A program made the position numbers and the translations under genes. The notes under the pieces were generated by a model. That model had not been told where the DNA came from, did not search any database, and worked only from the letters and a program-made list of their open reading frames with translations. A DNA stretch of 64,000 nt from Adineta vaga (Eukaryota; Animalia; Rotifera): positions 992,001-1,056,000 of the forward strand of contig CP075494.1 in assembly GCA_021613535.1 (NCBI GenBank), given 5' to 3'. Positions within the stretch are counted from its first letter, which is position 1. Every line of letters begins with the position of its first letter. Positions 50,888 through 62,955 of the stretch are shown piece after piece.

Positions 50888-52886
50888 CTAAATTTTGTTA
50901 TAAAAAGATATATTTAAAATTTGATTATTAATTTGATATAGATGAGAATTTCTTAGAAGATCATAAGCATGTTGAATATTTTCATAATATAAAAAAGCAT
51001 ATCTTAAAGAAAAAACAGATTTGTTAAATGAAATATTGTTCAATTAGAATTATTTTTACCCGAAAAGAATTTTCTGATTTTTATTTGATTTTTGAATAAT
51101 TCGTGCTGGAATATATTTCATTTGTTGACAATTAAAAAATAAATTTTTCAAATCATTTTCATTAACATTTTCCGGAATTTGTTTAATAACAATATTCCAA
51201 TTTTCATTTGAAAAATCAAAACAATTTTTAATATATTTAATTTGACAATTTAATCCAAATAGAGAAGAATTCTGTAATCTTTTTCGATTATATTCAGCTT
51301 GAGTATTTGTACGATGAATTATAAATGCATAACTAAATTTAATTTCAAAGAAAAACTCAGAAATATATTTTGAATATATTACTTAAGATGTGGTGGTATT
51401 CGACTTTGTTTTAATATAACTTTTGTTGAACCAATAAACGAATTTCGAAGATCAATTTTCGTTATTTTATTATTTAGATTTGAAATATGTAAAATCTTTC
51501 GAAAATCAATTTCATAATTCATATTTTGTTTTTTTATGATAAATTGATTTTGATTGGAGAATTTCTATCGAAAAGAAAAATGAAATTTAATAAAATCAAA
51601 TCAAATGAAATTTACCAAAAATTCGTCCTGATTTTCATCTATTTCATGAAATTGATGTTGAACAGATTGATTTGTTGAGGGTGATGAATCAAATATATTT
51701 TGTATTTGTTCATATGTTAATGAATTTGATTGAATATTTTCATTTAAAAAATTTTCTGCTAAAAATAAGTCATTTTCAAATTCACTTAATTTTGTGAAAT
51801 CAATTAATTCATTCGATATTTCCATAAGATCGTCATTACTAGACTTTATAGATAAAATATCTTCATCTAAATATCGAAGAAAAACAAATCATCGTTTTTT
51901 TTTAGAAAAAGAAAAGTGAAAATACTTTGATTATGATTTGATTGCAGATATTTTTGAATATATTTACAAACAGTATCATCATTAAAAATAGTTTCATTGG
52001 AATTTCCAGATGAATGACATTGACATGAAAATGAATTTGTTCTTGTAAATCCATCATAAAACCAATTGGGTAAAGCAAAATGAATTGATTCAGATAACAT
52101 TTCATCTTGAGTAAAACTTTGAGAAAGTATTCCCGATGATAAAATAACAATTTCATTCGGATTTTGAATTATTTTATGATATTTTATATTATATCGATCA
52201 AACATTAATGGATCAATTAGAATTTCATTATGTTCAATACAAAAATTTTTATCAAATGTTTTTAATAGATTTTCTAAATGAAATCTTTCTTTTAATGGTA
52301 TTATGTACCAATAACGAATTCCACCTTCATGATGATAATTTAATTCATTAAGATTTTGATGATTTGATGATAGAGGAAAGATCGCTGCAGGTCCATGGGC
52401 TTTAATTAATGTTGATGAAAAATGATTTTTTGATTGTTTTCCATAGAGTTTTAAAAGTGATTGATAAGGTAATTGATGAAAATCAAATTGATTTTTTTGA
52501 ACACGTTTTAAAAATAAACTTTGATTTTTATAATAAGAAATATTTGAAAATTCTTCTTTATTAAATTCATTTGGTAAAAATAACCAAAATGTTTGATCAT
52601 TGATGAAATTGTTTTCTTTTGAAACATCATTTGTATCGATTGATTTTGTTTCTATCGAATAAATTAAATTTTGTCGATTCATTTTTTCAATTTGTTGAAT
52701 TGTTGAACAAACTGGAAGTTTTATTGAAGTTTTTTTCAAAACATTTTTCAAATCTTTCTTTGGAAGAATTTTAAATGCACCATATTCTTGTAATAATGAT
52801 TCATTTTTATAAATAAATTTCAATAAATCTTTCATATCATTTTCATCGATTGTTAATGTTGGAACTTCACGAGATTCAGTAGACAT
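50888..52886 (-). CDS. KDM4-like JmjN/JmjC protein lacking Fe ligands, with C-terminal RRM (multi-exon)
   Basis: VPTL..YGAFKILP (JmjN), LNYHHEGGIRYWYIIP, QNPNEIVIL; downstream exons give IVIKQIPENVNENDLKNLF and FG|YAFLYY (RNP2/RNP1); stop at 50888. Confidence 0.7.
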
Positions 52887-54575
52887 TTATTTATCTTTCT
52901 CTTTGAAAATTCGAAAGAGAAAAAGAGAAATATGATTTTTCTTACTTTGAATAGAAATAAAAATCTTCTTATCGAAAATAATTTTTGGACTCACTGAATA
53001 TTTCGTTTGATTTGTGATATTATTTATATTACAAGAGAAAAACAAGAACATATAGAGTCAAGGTAAGTTGACATCTAGGTTAATTTTATTTCATACACTT
53101 TGGAATTGAATTTTTTATATAATTCGATCTATTCATTAAAGAATATAATGACCTCGATTAGATTATTGAACCTTTAAATAAATTAAAATGATATTTTATT
53201 AGATTTTTCTAACGAAATCAAGACAAATTTGATCATGACCCTTGAAATAAAAATTTGATCTAAATATCTTTTTTTTTCCTTTTCATTATAAAGAAAAAGA
53301 AAAGAATATGTTTTTCTCTATTTACCTTGAAATACATGTCTCATTGTTTCTATCATTCAAACAAGCTAGACATCATATTTTTCGTATCGATTCTTCAATA
53401 ATAATACAATATGCATAAATTCAACCAGAGATGAGCAAATCGATATACAATAGTTTTTCTTCTGAAGTATATCAAATAGAGTCAAAAAAAAGTTTTAACA
53501 TGACTTGTTTATCTCAGTCATCGACTATATTTATCACAAAACAGAATAAATTAAAAAATATTTCAAAGATACGAAAACAAAACGAATGTCTTGATGATGG
53601 GTAAGATTTTTTTTTTCTTATCCACATTCTCAATCTTGTTTATTACATAATTCAATTTCATCAGTTATTTCATTATCAAAATCAAATCATCTATGATGAT
53701 ACTATTAGTATTAGACGATAAAGCGAAAGAGAACAATTTGCTAATTGTTTGAAAAGTTTATATATTTTATTTTTCAATTATGTTTCAAATTCTTGATATT
53801 CTTGATTGTGATGATCTTGCTTACATGCGCTGTGCACATGTTATTTGTCCTTTCGGTTCTTTTTATCCCTTACTTCGATACATATTGATGCACTTGAGTA
53901 TTATCTTTCCTTTCCTTCGCTTTGACGGACGGATATATTAGCGCGTGTTTTGTATCGAACGATGTGATTTATAAAAAGAACAAATAAATAAAGACGTAGT
54001 TTCATCAATGTTACATCTTATTTTAAAATATAAATTCATATATAAATTTTATTGAAGATTAACGTGTTCTCTGATTTTTTACCAGTGTCACATCTTCTCA
54101 TCAAGGATAAATATAAAAATACTATCGATTCTTTAGCTTTTTTCTACACATTTTTTTTGAACTTTCATTTTCTTTACGTTGGAAAAGAGACTGGACACAA
54201 CCATACCCTCATACTTCTTTCTAAATATATGTTTATATTCTACCGATTAAACCAACAATAAGATGAAAATAGGAACTATGATTTAATTTAGCAAAAAAAA
54301 AGATTAGTAAAAAGTATATTATTATTAAAGGTTCAATTAGATGTCTTTGCAAGAGAATTAAAATAGGAAAAAGAAAAAGAGATTTCTACTGGAAAATTGT
54401 TAAGTCTTTCGTTAATTTTACAAAAAAAAGAAGCTTTTACGTATTCATTTATTATCATTAGTAATTCTACAGTATAACAAATATAAGGAGAATAGAAAGA
54501 AACACAGACTTTTATTCATTTAATTCTTGGGCAGAAATTGTTTTAATTGATTAAAAGAAAAAAAAGAAAAAAAGA

Positions 54576-55481
54576 ATGTTAACAGACACAATTCGATTTT
54601 GGACAATTCTAATTGTTTTAGCACCTTCATTAATTTGTACAATATTTGTTTTATATAATCTTTTATTTGATCGACAATTACGTCGTGGTCTTCATAATCA
54701 TGTCATTGTTGTTCTTCTTATTCTTTGTTTAATTAATGAAATGACATTTTATCCTTGGATGCTTTATTATTATCCAAATAAAAGTGTTTGGCAACGCTCA
54801 TATATGTTTTGTCTTTTCTTAGGATTTCTTGATTGGTCACTTTATATTGCACATACATTAATCTTTGCTTGGGCAATGATTGAAAGACATATTTTAATCT
54901 TTCATGATCAATGGATATCAACAAAAAAGAAACGTTTTTTTGTTCATTATCTTCCTCTTTTCCTTCTTCTTCTTTATTGGTTTTTATTTTATTTTATTGT
55001 TTATTTTTTTCCACCTTGTCAAAATCGTCTTCGTCCATCTTCACTTGTTTGTATTTTTCCATGTTTATATGACAATCCCACACTTTCAATGTGGGATTTT
55101 GTTGCTCATCAAATTGTTCCAATTGTTATTATAACTATTTTTAGTTTGGGTTTAATTCTACGTGTTATATGTCAAAAACATCGTATGCGTCGTACAATTC
55201 ATTGGAGAAAACATCGAAAGATGATAATACAAGCTTTATCAATATCATTTTTATATGTTATTATTTTACTTCCTTATACAATCGTTTATATAATACGTAA
55301 TATTTATTTAGTTTCAAATCCATTAATTAATCAATTTTATATTTATGTTGTTTTTCTCAGTTATTTTGTTATTCTTCTTTATCCTTTTGTTTGTGCTTTT
55401 TCATTACCAGAATTACAATTTAAAATGAAAAAAATATTCAAATTACAATGGCAAACAACACGAATTAATCCAACAATATAA
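54576..55481 (+). CDS. Intronless class-A-like 7TM GPCR (same family as 28067)
   Basis: 301 aa, FC..W, MIERHILIFH, YPFVC..SLPE. Confidence 0.85.
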   Translation: MLTDTIRFWTILIVLAPSLICTIFVLYNLLFDRQLRRGLHNHVIVVLLILCLINEMTFYPWMLYYYPNKSVWQRSYMFCLFLGFLDWSLYIAHTLIFAWAMIERHILIFHDQWISTKKKRFFVHYLPLFLLLLYWFLFYFIVYFFPPCQNRLRPSSLVCIFPCLYDNPTLSMWDFVAHQIVPIVIITIFSLGLILRVICQKHRMRRTIHWRKHRKMIIQALSISFLYVIILLPYTIVYIIRNIYLVSNPLINQFYIYVVFLSYFVILLYPFVCAFSLPELQFKMKKIFKLQWQTTRINPTI

Positions 55482-55837
55482 ATTAATATAAAACAATCAT
55501 TATATATTCTCTTTTTCTTGTCTATCTTATTTGTTTGTTGTATTGTCATGTTCGTATTTAAATATTCATATAAACAAATTAAGCATCAAAATTTATGTCA
55601 TATCTTCTACACCCATCATTAACTTTTTTCATATGTTCTCTCAGTTGAAGAAAAAAGTCACATTACAATAAATGACTTAATGGATTTGAATTAGAAATAA
55701 AAAAAGATCATAGAAATGAATCGTTTGTAAACATAATTATCAACTTTGTTTTCCAAACAAAACTTTACTATTTGACAACAATTAATCTTTAAATTAAAAT
55801 TAATAAAAATAAAATATAAATGGTAAAACTAAATCGA

Positions 55838-55890
55838 ATCTTGAGGGTGTGAATGCGAGTATCCTTCTGACATAGACTCACACCCTCAAG
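55838..55890. repeat. Telomeric-junction palindrome
   Basis: ATCTTGAGGGTGTGA / TCACACCCTCAAG. Confidence 0.9.
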
Positions 55891-56025
55891 GTTTGCAATA
55901 GCAGGTGTACATCTTCTGTCTGTACACTTTGCGAAACAATGGAAATCTTTATATTGTTAATTCAATAAATATTCGAATACAAAAATTTGAAATTTATTTC
56001 ATATTCACAATCATACACAAAAAAG

Positions 56026-57573
56026 TCAGTTATCTCTTCTTTTCACACGTGCAAGGATTCCATTTTTAGCCTTAATTGTTACACCTTTCATTTCAGGTAC
56101 AATTTGTTGTCCTGGTATAAGTTCAAATTTGCAACGTTGTACTAGCAAAGCAAGCATAACTTTAGCTTCGAGCATAGCAAAGTTTTGTCCAATACAATTT
56201 CGTGAACCTGAAGCAAATGGAAGATAAGCATATGGATGGGCCATTTTTGGTTTTAAACCAGAAATGGGATCACGTGTCCATCTTGTATAATCGAATTCCA
56301 ATGGATTAGGCCAATAATCTTCACGTCGATGCAAGACATAGTTATGAATCACAACCATAGCATCTACAGGTATATGAATTTGAAGTTTACTATTATTACC
56401 ACCGATCGTATGTTCTTTCACACATTGACGAGCAAAGAAGGGAGCTGGTGGATACAGACGAAGAGTCTCATAAAGAACGGCCTCGATGATTTGGAGTTCA
56501 TTCATATGCTCAAATGTAGGTGTTATTCCATTGGGTAGAACACGATCAACTTCTTTACGACATGCTTGTAATACTTCATCATGAATCATCAACATGTAAA
56601 CAGCCCACGTAATTAAATTTCCAGTCGTTTCATGGCCGGCTAGTACGAAAGTGAGTGATTCCTCCTTTATTTGTTGATCAGTAAATGGTTCTCCATGGTC
56701 ATCAACCGCTGACAATAACAGATCGAGAATATCTTGACCTGCACATAAACTACTTGTTTTTCCTTTTCGTCGATCAGCAATAGCTTGATCAACGTAATCA
56801 CTCACTTGCTTTGCTCCCCTATCGACAATGTTCTTACCCCAAAATGGCAATTCAGCCAAAAACTTAATTTGATTGATCATTCGAAGTGTTCTATATTCCA
56901 CTATTTCCTTTAATTCTTGAAATGTTTGACACATGATTTCTTTCGCATAGGGTGTCGTTTCAAAATTCAAACCAAAAGCACTTGATGCGATAATAGAAAG
57001 TGTTAAACTGCTTAATTGAATTTCAAGATCAGCTTGACCTTTCGATGATGATATGAAGAGAAGAGAATCAATAGCCTTTATTGTTTCGTCTGACATAATT
57101 GATACCATTGATCGAAGATTGATAAAATGAAAGGCAGGATTAAGCATTTTACGTGCACGATCATGCTCTGTCCCTTCACTAACTAGGAGATTATGTGTAC
57201 CAATGATTGGTTTAACAATATTGTTTAGATCAGGTGGTTTTCGATAGTTCGAGCTATTCTCACGACTAAGCACATCACTTATAAGGTCAGGTTCAGCAAG
57301 TAAGATTCGTGTTAAAGGACCCAAACCAAATAGATAGCAATAACCATGTTTTTGTGCAAGTTCATTAAAATAATCTAATCCTTTACCAACTCTATTGGCT
57401 CGAATGATGTCGGGTAATTGACCAATAAGTGGAATAAACGGTTCTCCAGGAATTCCTTGAGCTCGAAAGACATCGTACACATGTTTTTGAGGATAGATTA
57501 ATTTGAAGTAAATGATTGTGAAAAGAGCGAGAATAAGCCCAATAGTTATGTAAATAATGAAAAGAAAAATCAT
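56026..57573 (-). CDS. Cytochrome P450, intronless
   Basis: N-terminal anchor, AGHETT, ETLR, PFASGSRNCIG heme motif. Confidence 0.95.
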   Translation of the reverse strand: MIFLFIIYITIGLILALFTIIYFKLIYPQKHVYDVFRAQGIPGEPFIPLIGQLPDIIRANRVGKGLDYFNELAQKHGYCYLFGLGPLTRILLAEPDLISDVLSRENSSNYRKPPDLNNIVKPIIGTHNLLVSEGTEHDRARKMLNPAFHFINLRSMVSIMSDETIKAIDSLLFISSSKGQADLEIQLSSLTLSIIASSAFGLNFETTPYAKEIMCQTFQELKEIVEYRTLRMINQIKFLAELPFWGKNIVDRGAKQVSDYVDQAIADRRKGKTSSLCAGQDILDLLLSAVDDHGEPFTDQQIKEESLTFVLAGHETTGNLITWAVYMLMIHDEVLQACRKEVDRVLPNGITPTFEHMNELQIIEAVLYETLRLYPPAPFFARQCVKEHTIGGNNSKLQIHIPVDAMVVIHNYVLHRREDYWPNPLEFDYTRWTRDPISGLKPKMAHPYAYLPFASGSRNCIGQNFAMLEAKVMLALLVQRCKFELIPGQQIVPEMKGVTIKAKNGILARVKRRDN

Positions 57574-59102
57574 ATTATATTGTACTAAAATCTGAAAGCA
57601 AAAAATTATACGAAGACCAATTCATTTTCGGTAACATTTAAAGCATTCGTTGTATATATGTATAGGATGTGAAGTATAATGGCTTACAAACAGAAATATT
57701 TACCTGCCGAATATAGTATCAAATAACGTTCTATAATTTAGTGACAAAACGTGCCTTTTATATACGCTTATAGATGCATAAAAACACAAGAACGGAAAAA
57801 TACTTAAGAATGAAAAGTACGAAGTACGTACGAAGAAATACTTAGGTGAATATTTTTTGTGTCAAAACGTCTCTGAATTGCAGTAATAAAAAACGCGTGG
57901 ATGAAACAATCGTTGGATCCAGACGCTTTTCGTTTCAATTTAAAAATGAAATAAAAATCATATGAATTTATCACAGATTCGCCATCATCACAACTCTCTG
58001 ATTGTCTTATTTTATCCTAGCGTATGAATTGATTTTTTAACTTCCGTGACGAGAAGCAGATTTGAATATGTGAACTATCGATCAAAAAGACATATTCGAG
58101 TCGCATTTATAAATACAAATAGATCGTTTAACGTTTTTTCATTCAATCAACATGTTTATCCGTACCTGACGTATCATTAACTGAAAATATAACTTAACTT
58201 CAAAACATGCAGGAAAATATTAATAATGATAGAATTTTTAATCTGATTGACATGTTCTCACATTGTGCCTAACTTCTACGAACGATGTTTCTATCTGTGT
58301 ACATTGTGAAAGATATTATATTATTAGATTTCTTGATCCTCGAATAAATCTGTAGATATGGACACTAGTTGTTTATCCAAAATTGAGTCTTAAATAGAAA
58401 AGACGATAGATAAAAAACATCTGGTGTATTAATCTTATATATATATATATAGAACCACTTTCTAAAGTAGATTACTATCTCATAAAATATGGTATATAAT
58501 CGTATTTTCTCTTGAAAGTCGTTCACTTTTTTTTATACCCATGTTCATCAGAACAACTGAAGGAAGGGCACTACAATACTAAGAATAAAATTAGTCGATC
58601 CCGAAAAAAATGCTGACGAAGAATTGTTTTGCAAGATCTTCGCTAACAATTCATTATTTATCTGGAGCAAGCAATCATTTCTGAATATATTATAAGTTAG
58701 ATACTCTAATGACCTTGAAAACACTTTCTCTTCTCTTTGCTTTTATACTATTCCAGCATCATCTATTTAGAACGCTTTATATTCCTTTTTCATAGTTTCA
58801 ATCATGATTAAATTATCATTTAGTTTGTAAAACAGGTAATTCTTATATTTAATGAGAAAAAAAGAACATTGTTACAGGAAATAATAAATAAAAAACAATT
58901 GCGATATTGCTTTTCTCTTCTCTTGATATATATATCAACGTGATACCTTTTCATTTAATATTAATTCATTATATTAATATAAATATGCTTTTTAGCTATA
59001 TGGATTTTAATGTTACTCACAGAAAAGAAATGAGTTGTTCGTCATTCATATTTTCAGTAGATTCTTTTCTCAAAAGACGTTTTTCAGTATAAACCTTTTA
59101 TT

Positions 59103-60114
59103 ATGTCATTAATATATATTAGTCAACAAATGACCATATATAGTGGATGGTTTCTTGTAACCATTGGTATCATTGGTAATAGTTTAAATATTTGGATATT
59201 TTCAAGTGTTCGTACTTATCGTCAAACTCCGAGTACATTTTATTTTCTATCTGCTTCAATTGATCATATACTTTATTTAACAACTATACTTATATCTCGG
59301 ATATTTATTGCCGGTTATGGAATTGATTTAACTCGTACATCATTAGTTTGGTGTAAAACACGTTTATATCTATCAAGTATTTTGAGTTTTATTTCGCTTA
59401 CATGTTCATATTTGGCTGCACTAGATCAGTTTTTGGTAACATCAACAAATGTTCGTCTTCGTCATATGAGTCAAATCAAATGGGCACATCGAATCATGTT
59501 TATTGTCATACTTTTTTGGATTCTTCATGGAATTCCTGTACTTATAGTTGCCAATATTACACCGACAACGAATATTTGTATGGTTACTAACAATATATAT
59601 GCTATTTATATTCCCATTTATACTCTTAGTTACAATAGTTTTGGATTAATTACATTCATGACAATATTTGGATATTTTACTTATCATAATATTCATACGA
59701 GAAGAATTCTTATTGAACAACAAGCCGATCTTCAAGTAGTTAAAATGACTTTAATTCAAATCATATTAGTTGCTATTAGTATTGGTCCTTATGGAATTTT
59801 TAATGCTTATGCTTTGATTACATCTCAAATTTCTAAAAATTCAGATCAATCAATCAAAGAATCATTTGTATCAATACTTTTTACGTTAGTTACTAATGTT
59901 TATTACAGTGTATGTTGATGTTTTTATCTGTTAATTTGTTCAAATTAATCTCTGTTTTTTTTAGGGAAGTTTTTATATGTTTTTCATATCATCGCATCGA
60001 TTTCGTCGAGAATTAAGGAAGCGAGTATGTTTTTGGCAACGAACAAGTCAAGTCATTCCACTTCCAAATCGAACAATTGAAAGAACGAATGCAAAAACTA
60101 ACACAAGAGTTTAA
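59103..60114 (+). CDS. Class-A-like 7TM GPCR, 2 exons (intron 59910-59964)
   Basis: GNSLNI, WCK.R.Y, LDQF; exon 2 GSFYMFFISSHRFRRE in frame. Confidence 0.85.
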
Positions 60115-60220
60115 CTAAATTAAGACAATACTTTTCTTCGTTTATGTGAGCACAGAAAATAATATTCTCGTTTTAGTTCATATGCTTGACTTTTCCTTAT
60201 TTCATCTTTTCTAGAAATAG

Positions 60221-60264
60221 AAATAAACGCTCGTCGAGGGAGACTAGCTTAACTCTCGACTGAC
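60221..60264. mobile_element. Helitron-like terminal hairpin related to 2376-2414
   Basis: AAATAA(A)CGCTCGTCGAG...TCGACTG shared with the end of the Pif1 element. Confidence 0.45.
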
Positions 60265-61162
60265 TTTAATATTGTTAATGCGATGTAATAAGTATAAAAA
60301 TTTATATAGCCCTTTGGGTGATCATTTTTTTACGACATTTTGCGCGAGATATGTGACACAGTTGAATTAATTCATGGCACTTCGTTCATATGAAGGATGT
60401 TTCGAGAAAAAAAGATTTTTACTTTGATGTTTTTACAACAAATAAAACTAAGTTGTCAGGAAGAAAAACTAGGCATGAATTTCGTTCAAATGATGCGTTA
60501 TACAACTGAGAGAATATATGATTATGTATAGACAAATTTATACAGATTCCATTTCTGCTTATCGCGCTCCATTCGCATACGTCGAACTAACTCCTATGTC
60601 ATCTGATTTTATATGTCCAAATCTTTCAAAATCTACGTCATATTGTTCGTTTCATCACTCCCGACTACTCCACTATGAGTGTTGCACATGTACTTCTCTT
60701 TAATTATCCTTCCATTATTTAAAAACAAGTGAAATGTAAATAATTGCTCACCCTATGCAAGTAAAGAAGAGGATGTCAGTCATGAATGAAATACTGCGTG
60801 TCCCCGCAAAAGATAAAGGTGCGTCTCGAAAGCGCGGGATATCTGACACCATACTGATATCTCAATTTTTAGAACGATTTGTTCAAGTTTATCAAATGAA
60901 TGTTGATGAGTTTTACACTCTTCTTTGATATTAAAATAAATAATCACAATATTTTCATACATAGTAGGTGGCATACGCACCCTATGGTTCATATCTTTCT
61001 CCTTCATAAACGTTCTTAGTATAAATATATAATTATTTCATCAAAACAAAGTAGGCTTCAAGTAAAACTGTGCATACTTATGTTCTGCTACGTCGTGCAG
61101 ATGTCACAAGAACAATTAATGTTCGATTATCTGAAGATACAATAGAAAAAACAAGGATAAGA

Positions 61163-61208
61163 CCATCTTGAGGGTGTAAGTCGCATCTAGACTCACACTC
61201 TCAAGATG
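61163..61208. repeat. Telomeric-junction palindrome
   Basis: CCATCTTGAGGGTGTAAGT / ACTCACACTCTCAAGATG. Confidence 0.9.
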
Positions 61209-61222
61209 ATTCAATATTTGAA

Positions 61223-62200
61223 TTAATTTTGAGGTGTCTCTCGTCGTTGTCGATTCCAATATTGAGTGAATAATTGAATTAATTCTTTACGATAATATTT
61301 ACTTGATAATGTATAAATATAAAATGAAAATACTTTATCTACACATGTAGCCATAAGACAAATATTGGCAATAAAATTTTCGATCGATAGTCGAAGTGAA
61401 CTTCGAACAATTGCTAATGGTATACTTGCATAGATTTTTATGAGAAAAAGAGGCATATTAAAGATAATATAAAGTATAACTTGAATGGTTATCATACGTA
61501 AGACATCTCGACTAATTTTCTTCTTTTTTCTTGCAAATTCAGATATTAATCTTTTTCCAATTGGTAATATTTGTACATTATGTCGTTCATGATAAATATG
61601 TTTAATTGTACCAATTCCAAAGAAGAACATCAATATCGGTGGACCAATACCATGAAAGATAAAATAAACTACAAGTTCAAATATATGACACGTAGAATTC
61701 TGTGGAAAACATGGTGTAGATTTATTAAATTGATTTGCTTCAAAACAATAAAGAATTGGTGAAAAGATAATTAAAATACTAATAATGATAACATGAATAA
61801 TACGTATTGTTGTTGACATATTACTATAATTTCGAATATTAATATCATGAGATGATGATAAAAATCGATCAATACAACACGCAACCATAAACCAACTTGA
61901 TAAAGAATATGATGAATAATAAGTAGGTGTAATCTTAAAACCAATAAACATTCGAATCATAACAAAAAAATAAATTAAAATCAGATTCGATATAGAAATA
62001 GAAAATAATAATGGAATACATGATGAAACATTCCATAAAGTACGTTTTCTGAAAAGAATTATATTTAATACATTATCAATTGTACCAAAAACAATAAATA
62101 AAATACCAATAGATACGAGAAGTTTGTTTTTAATATCTTCCATCAAAAGAATTGTAGATGAAATATTCGAAGACGATAAAAGACTTTGATTTGAGTTCAT
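61223..62200 (-). CDS. Class-A-like 7TM GPCR with apparent in-frame deletion at the start of TM3
   Basis: CIDRF and FSFYIYTLSSKYYR motifs; lacks the CK..Y segment seen in the 59103 paralog. Confidence 0.75.
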   Translation of the reverse strand: MNSNQSLLSSSNISSTILLMEDIKNKLLVSIGILFIVFGTIDNVLNIILFRKRTLWNVSSCIPLLFSISISNLILIYFFVMIRMFIGFKITPTYYSSYSLSSWFMVACCIDRFLSSSHDINIRNYSNMSTTIRIIHVIIISILIIFSPILYCFEANQFNKSTPCFPQNSTCHIFELVVYFIFHGIGPPILMFFFGIGTIKHIYHERHNVQILPIGKRLISEFARKKKKISRDVLRMITIQVILYIIFNMPLFLIKIYASIPLAIVRSSLRLSIENFIANICLMATCVDKVFSFYIYTLSSKYYRKELIQLFTQYWNRQRRETPQN

Positions 62201-62914
62201 ATTCACGTCGTATAATTAGAAAAGAACTTCAAGATGATTTACTTGTAACATTATCGTATACAAAAAAACAAGTCATTTGTTTTTAATTATTGAAGCGATG
62301 AAAAGAAGTAATGATAATTAAAGAGCGAACATCAAAGATTATCCCACGGAAACACTTGATAAACTTCACTTCAATACAGAACCATATTACTATTTCATCC
62401 TTATAACTATATCATGAAGAGAACACATTTGTATAACTTTACACCGAATCATAAACGTATTAGAAGAAGAAGAAGAATTTGATACGTTGATATTCGAATC
62501 TTCTTGTATCACCATTCTGGAAAACATGTAGATTAGAACGATAATCTTATTTTTAACTTTTTTAATGTTATAATATGTTGTGATGACATTAGAATAAATG
62601 TTTCTATTTACATCTTCTAATATAAGAAGGATTCTTTCGGTAGCTTAGAATTGTATTTTATCATTAGAAACAGGATTTCGGTAATTAAAAAAAGACCATA
62701 TGTATTTTTAGTTTTATTCTCTAGAGAGAGAGTAATGAGTTTGTACAAAAATAGAAATAATTGTCTTGGTACTGATCATATTCTTTTTTCTTAGATATAG
62801 TTAATTGTCAGAAAAGATAAGAAGAATTATTATTATTATTATTATTAGTATCAGATACTTTGTTATTCGTAAAATATCTAACGGAAATTTTGCAAATTCG
62901 TTAAATTTAATAGA

Positions 62915-62955
62915 TGGTGTGCAGTTATTAACTGTTAGTTTCTCACCCACACCCA
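62915..62955. repeat. Degenerate telomeric-junction palindrome
   Basis: TGGTGTG / TCTCACCCACACCCA. Confidence 0.55.

Noticed and set aside
54195-54211. Possible decayed junction arm CCATACCCTCA (similar weak hits near 5321, 40610 and 48513)
   Set aside because: Too short and no partner arm; not counted
7830-62955. Bacterial integron or REP interpretation of the palindromes
   Set aside because: No integrase or tyrosine recombinase seen, genes have spliceosomal introns and both orientations, and arms are telomeric repeats of variable count; used only as an analogy
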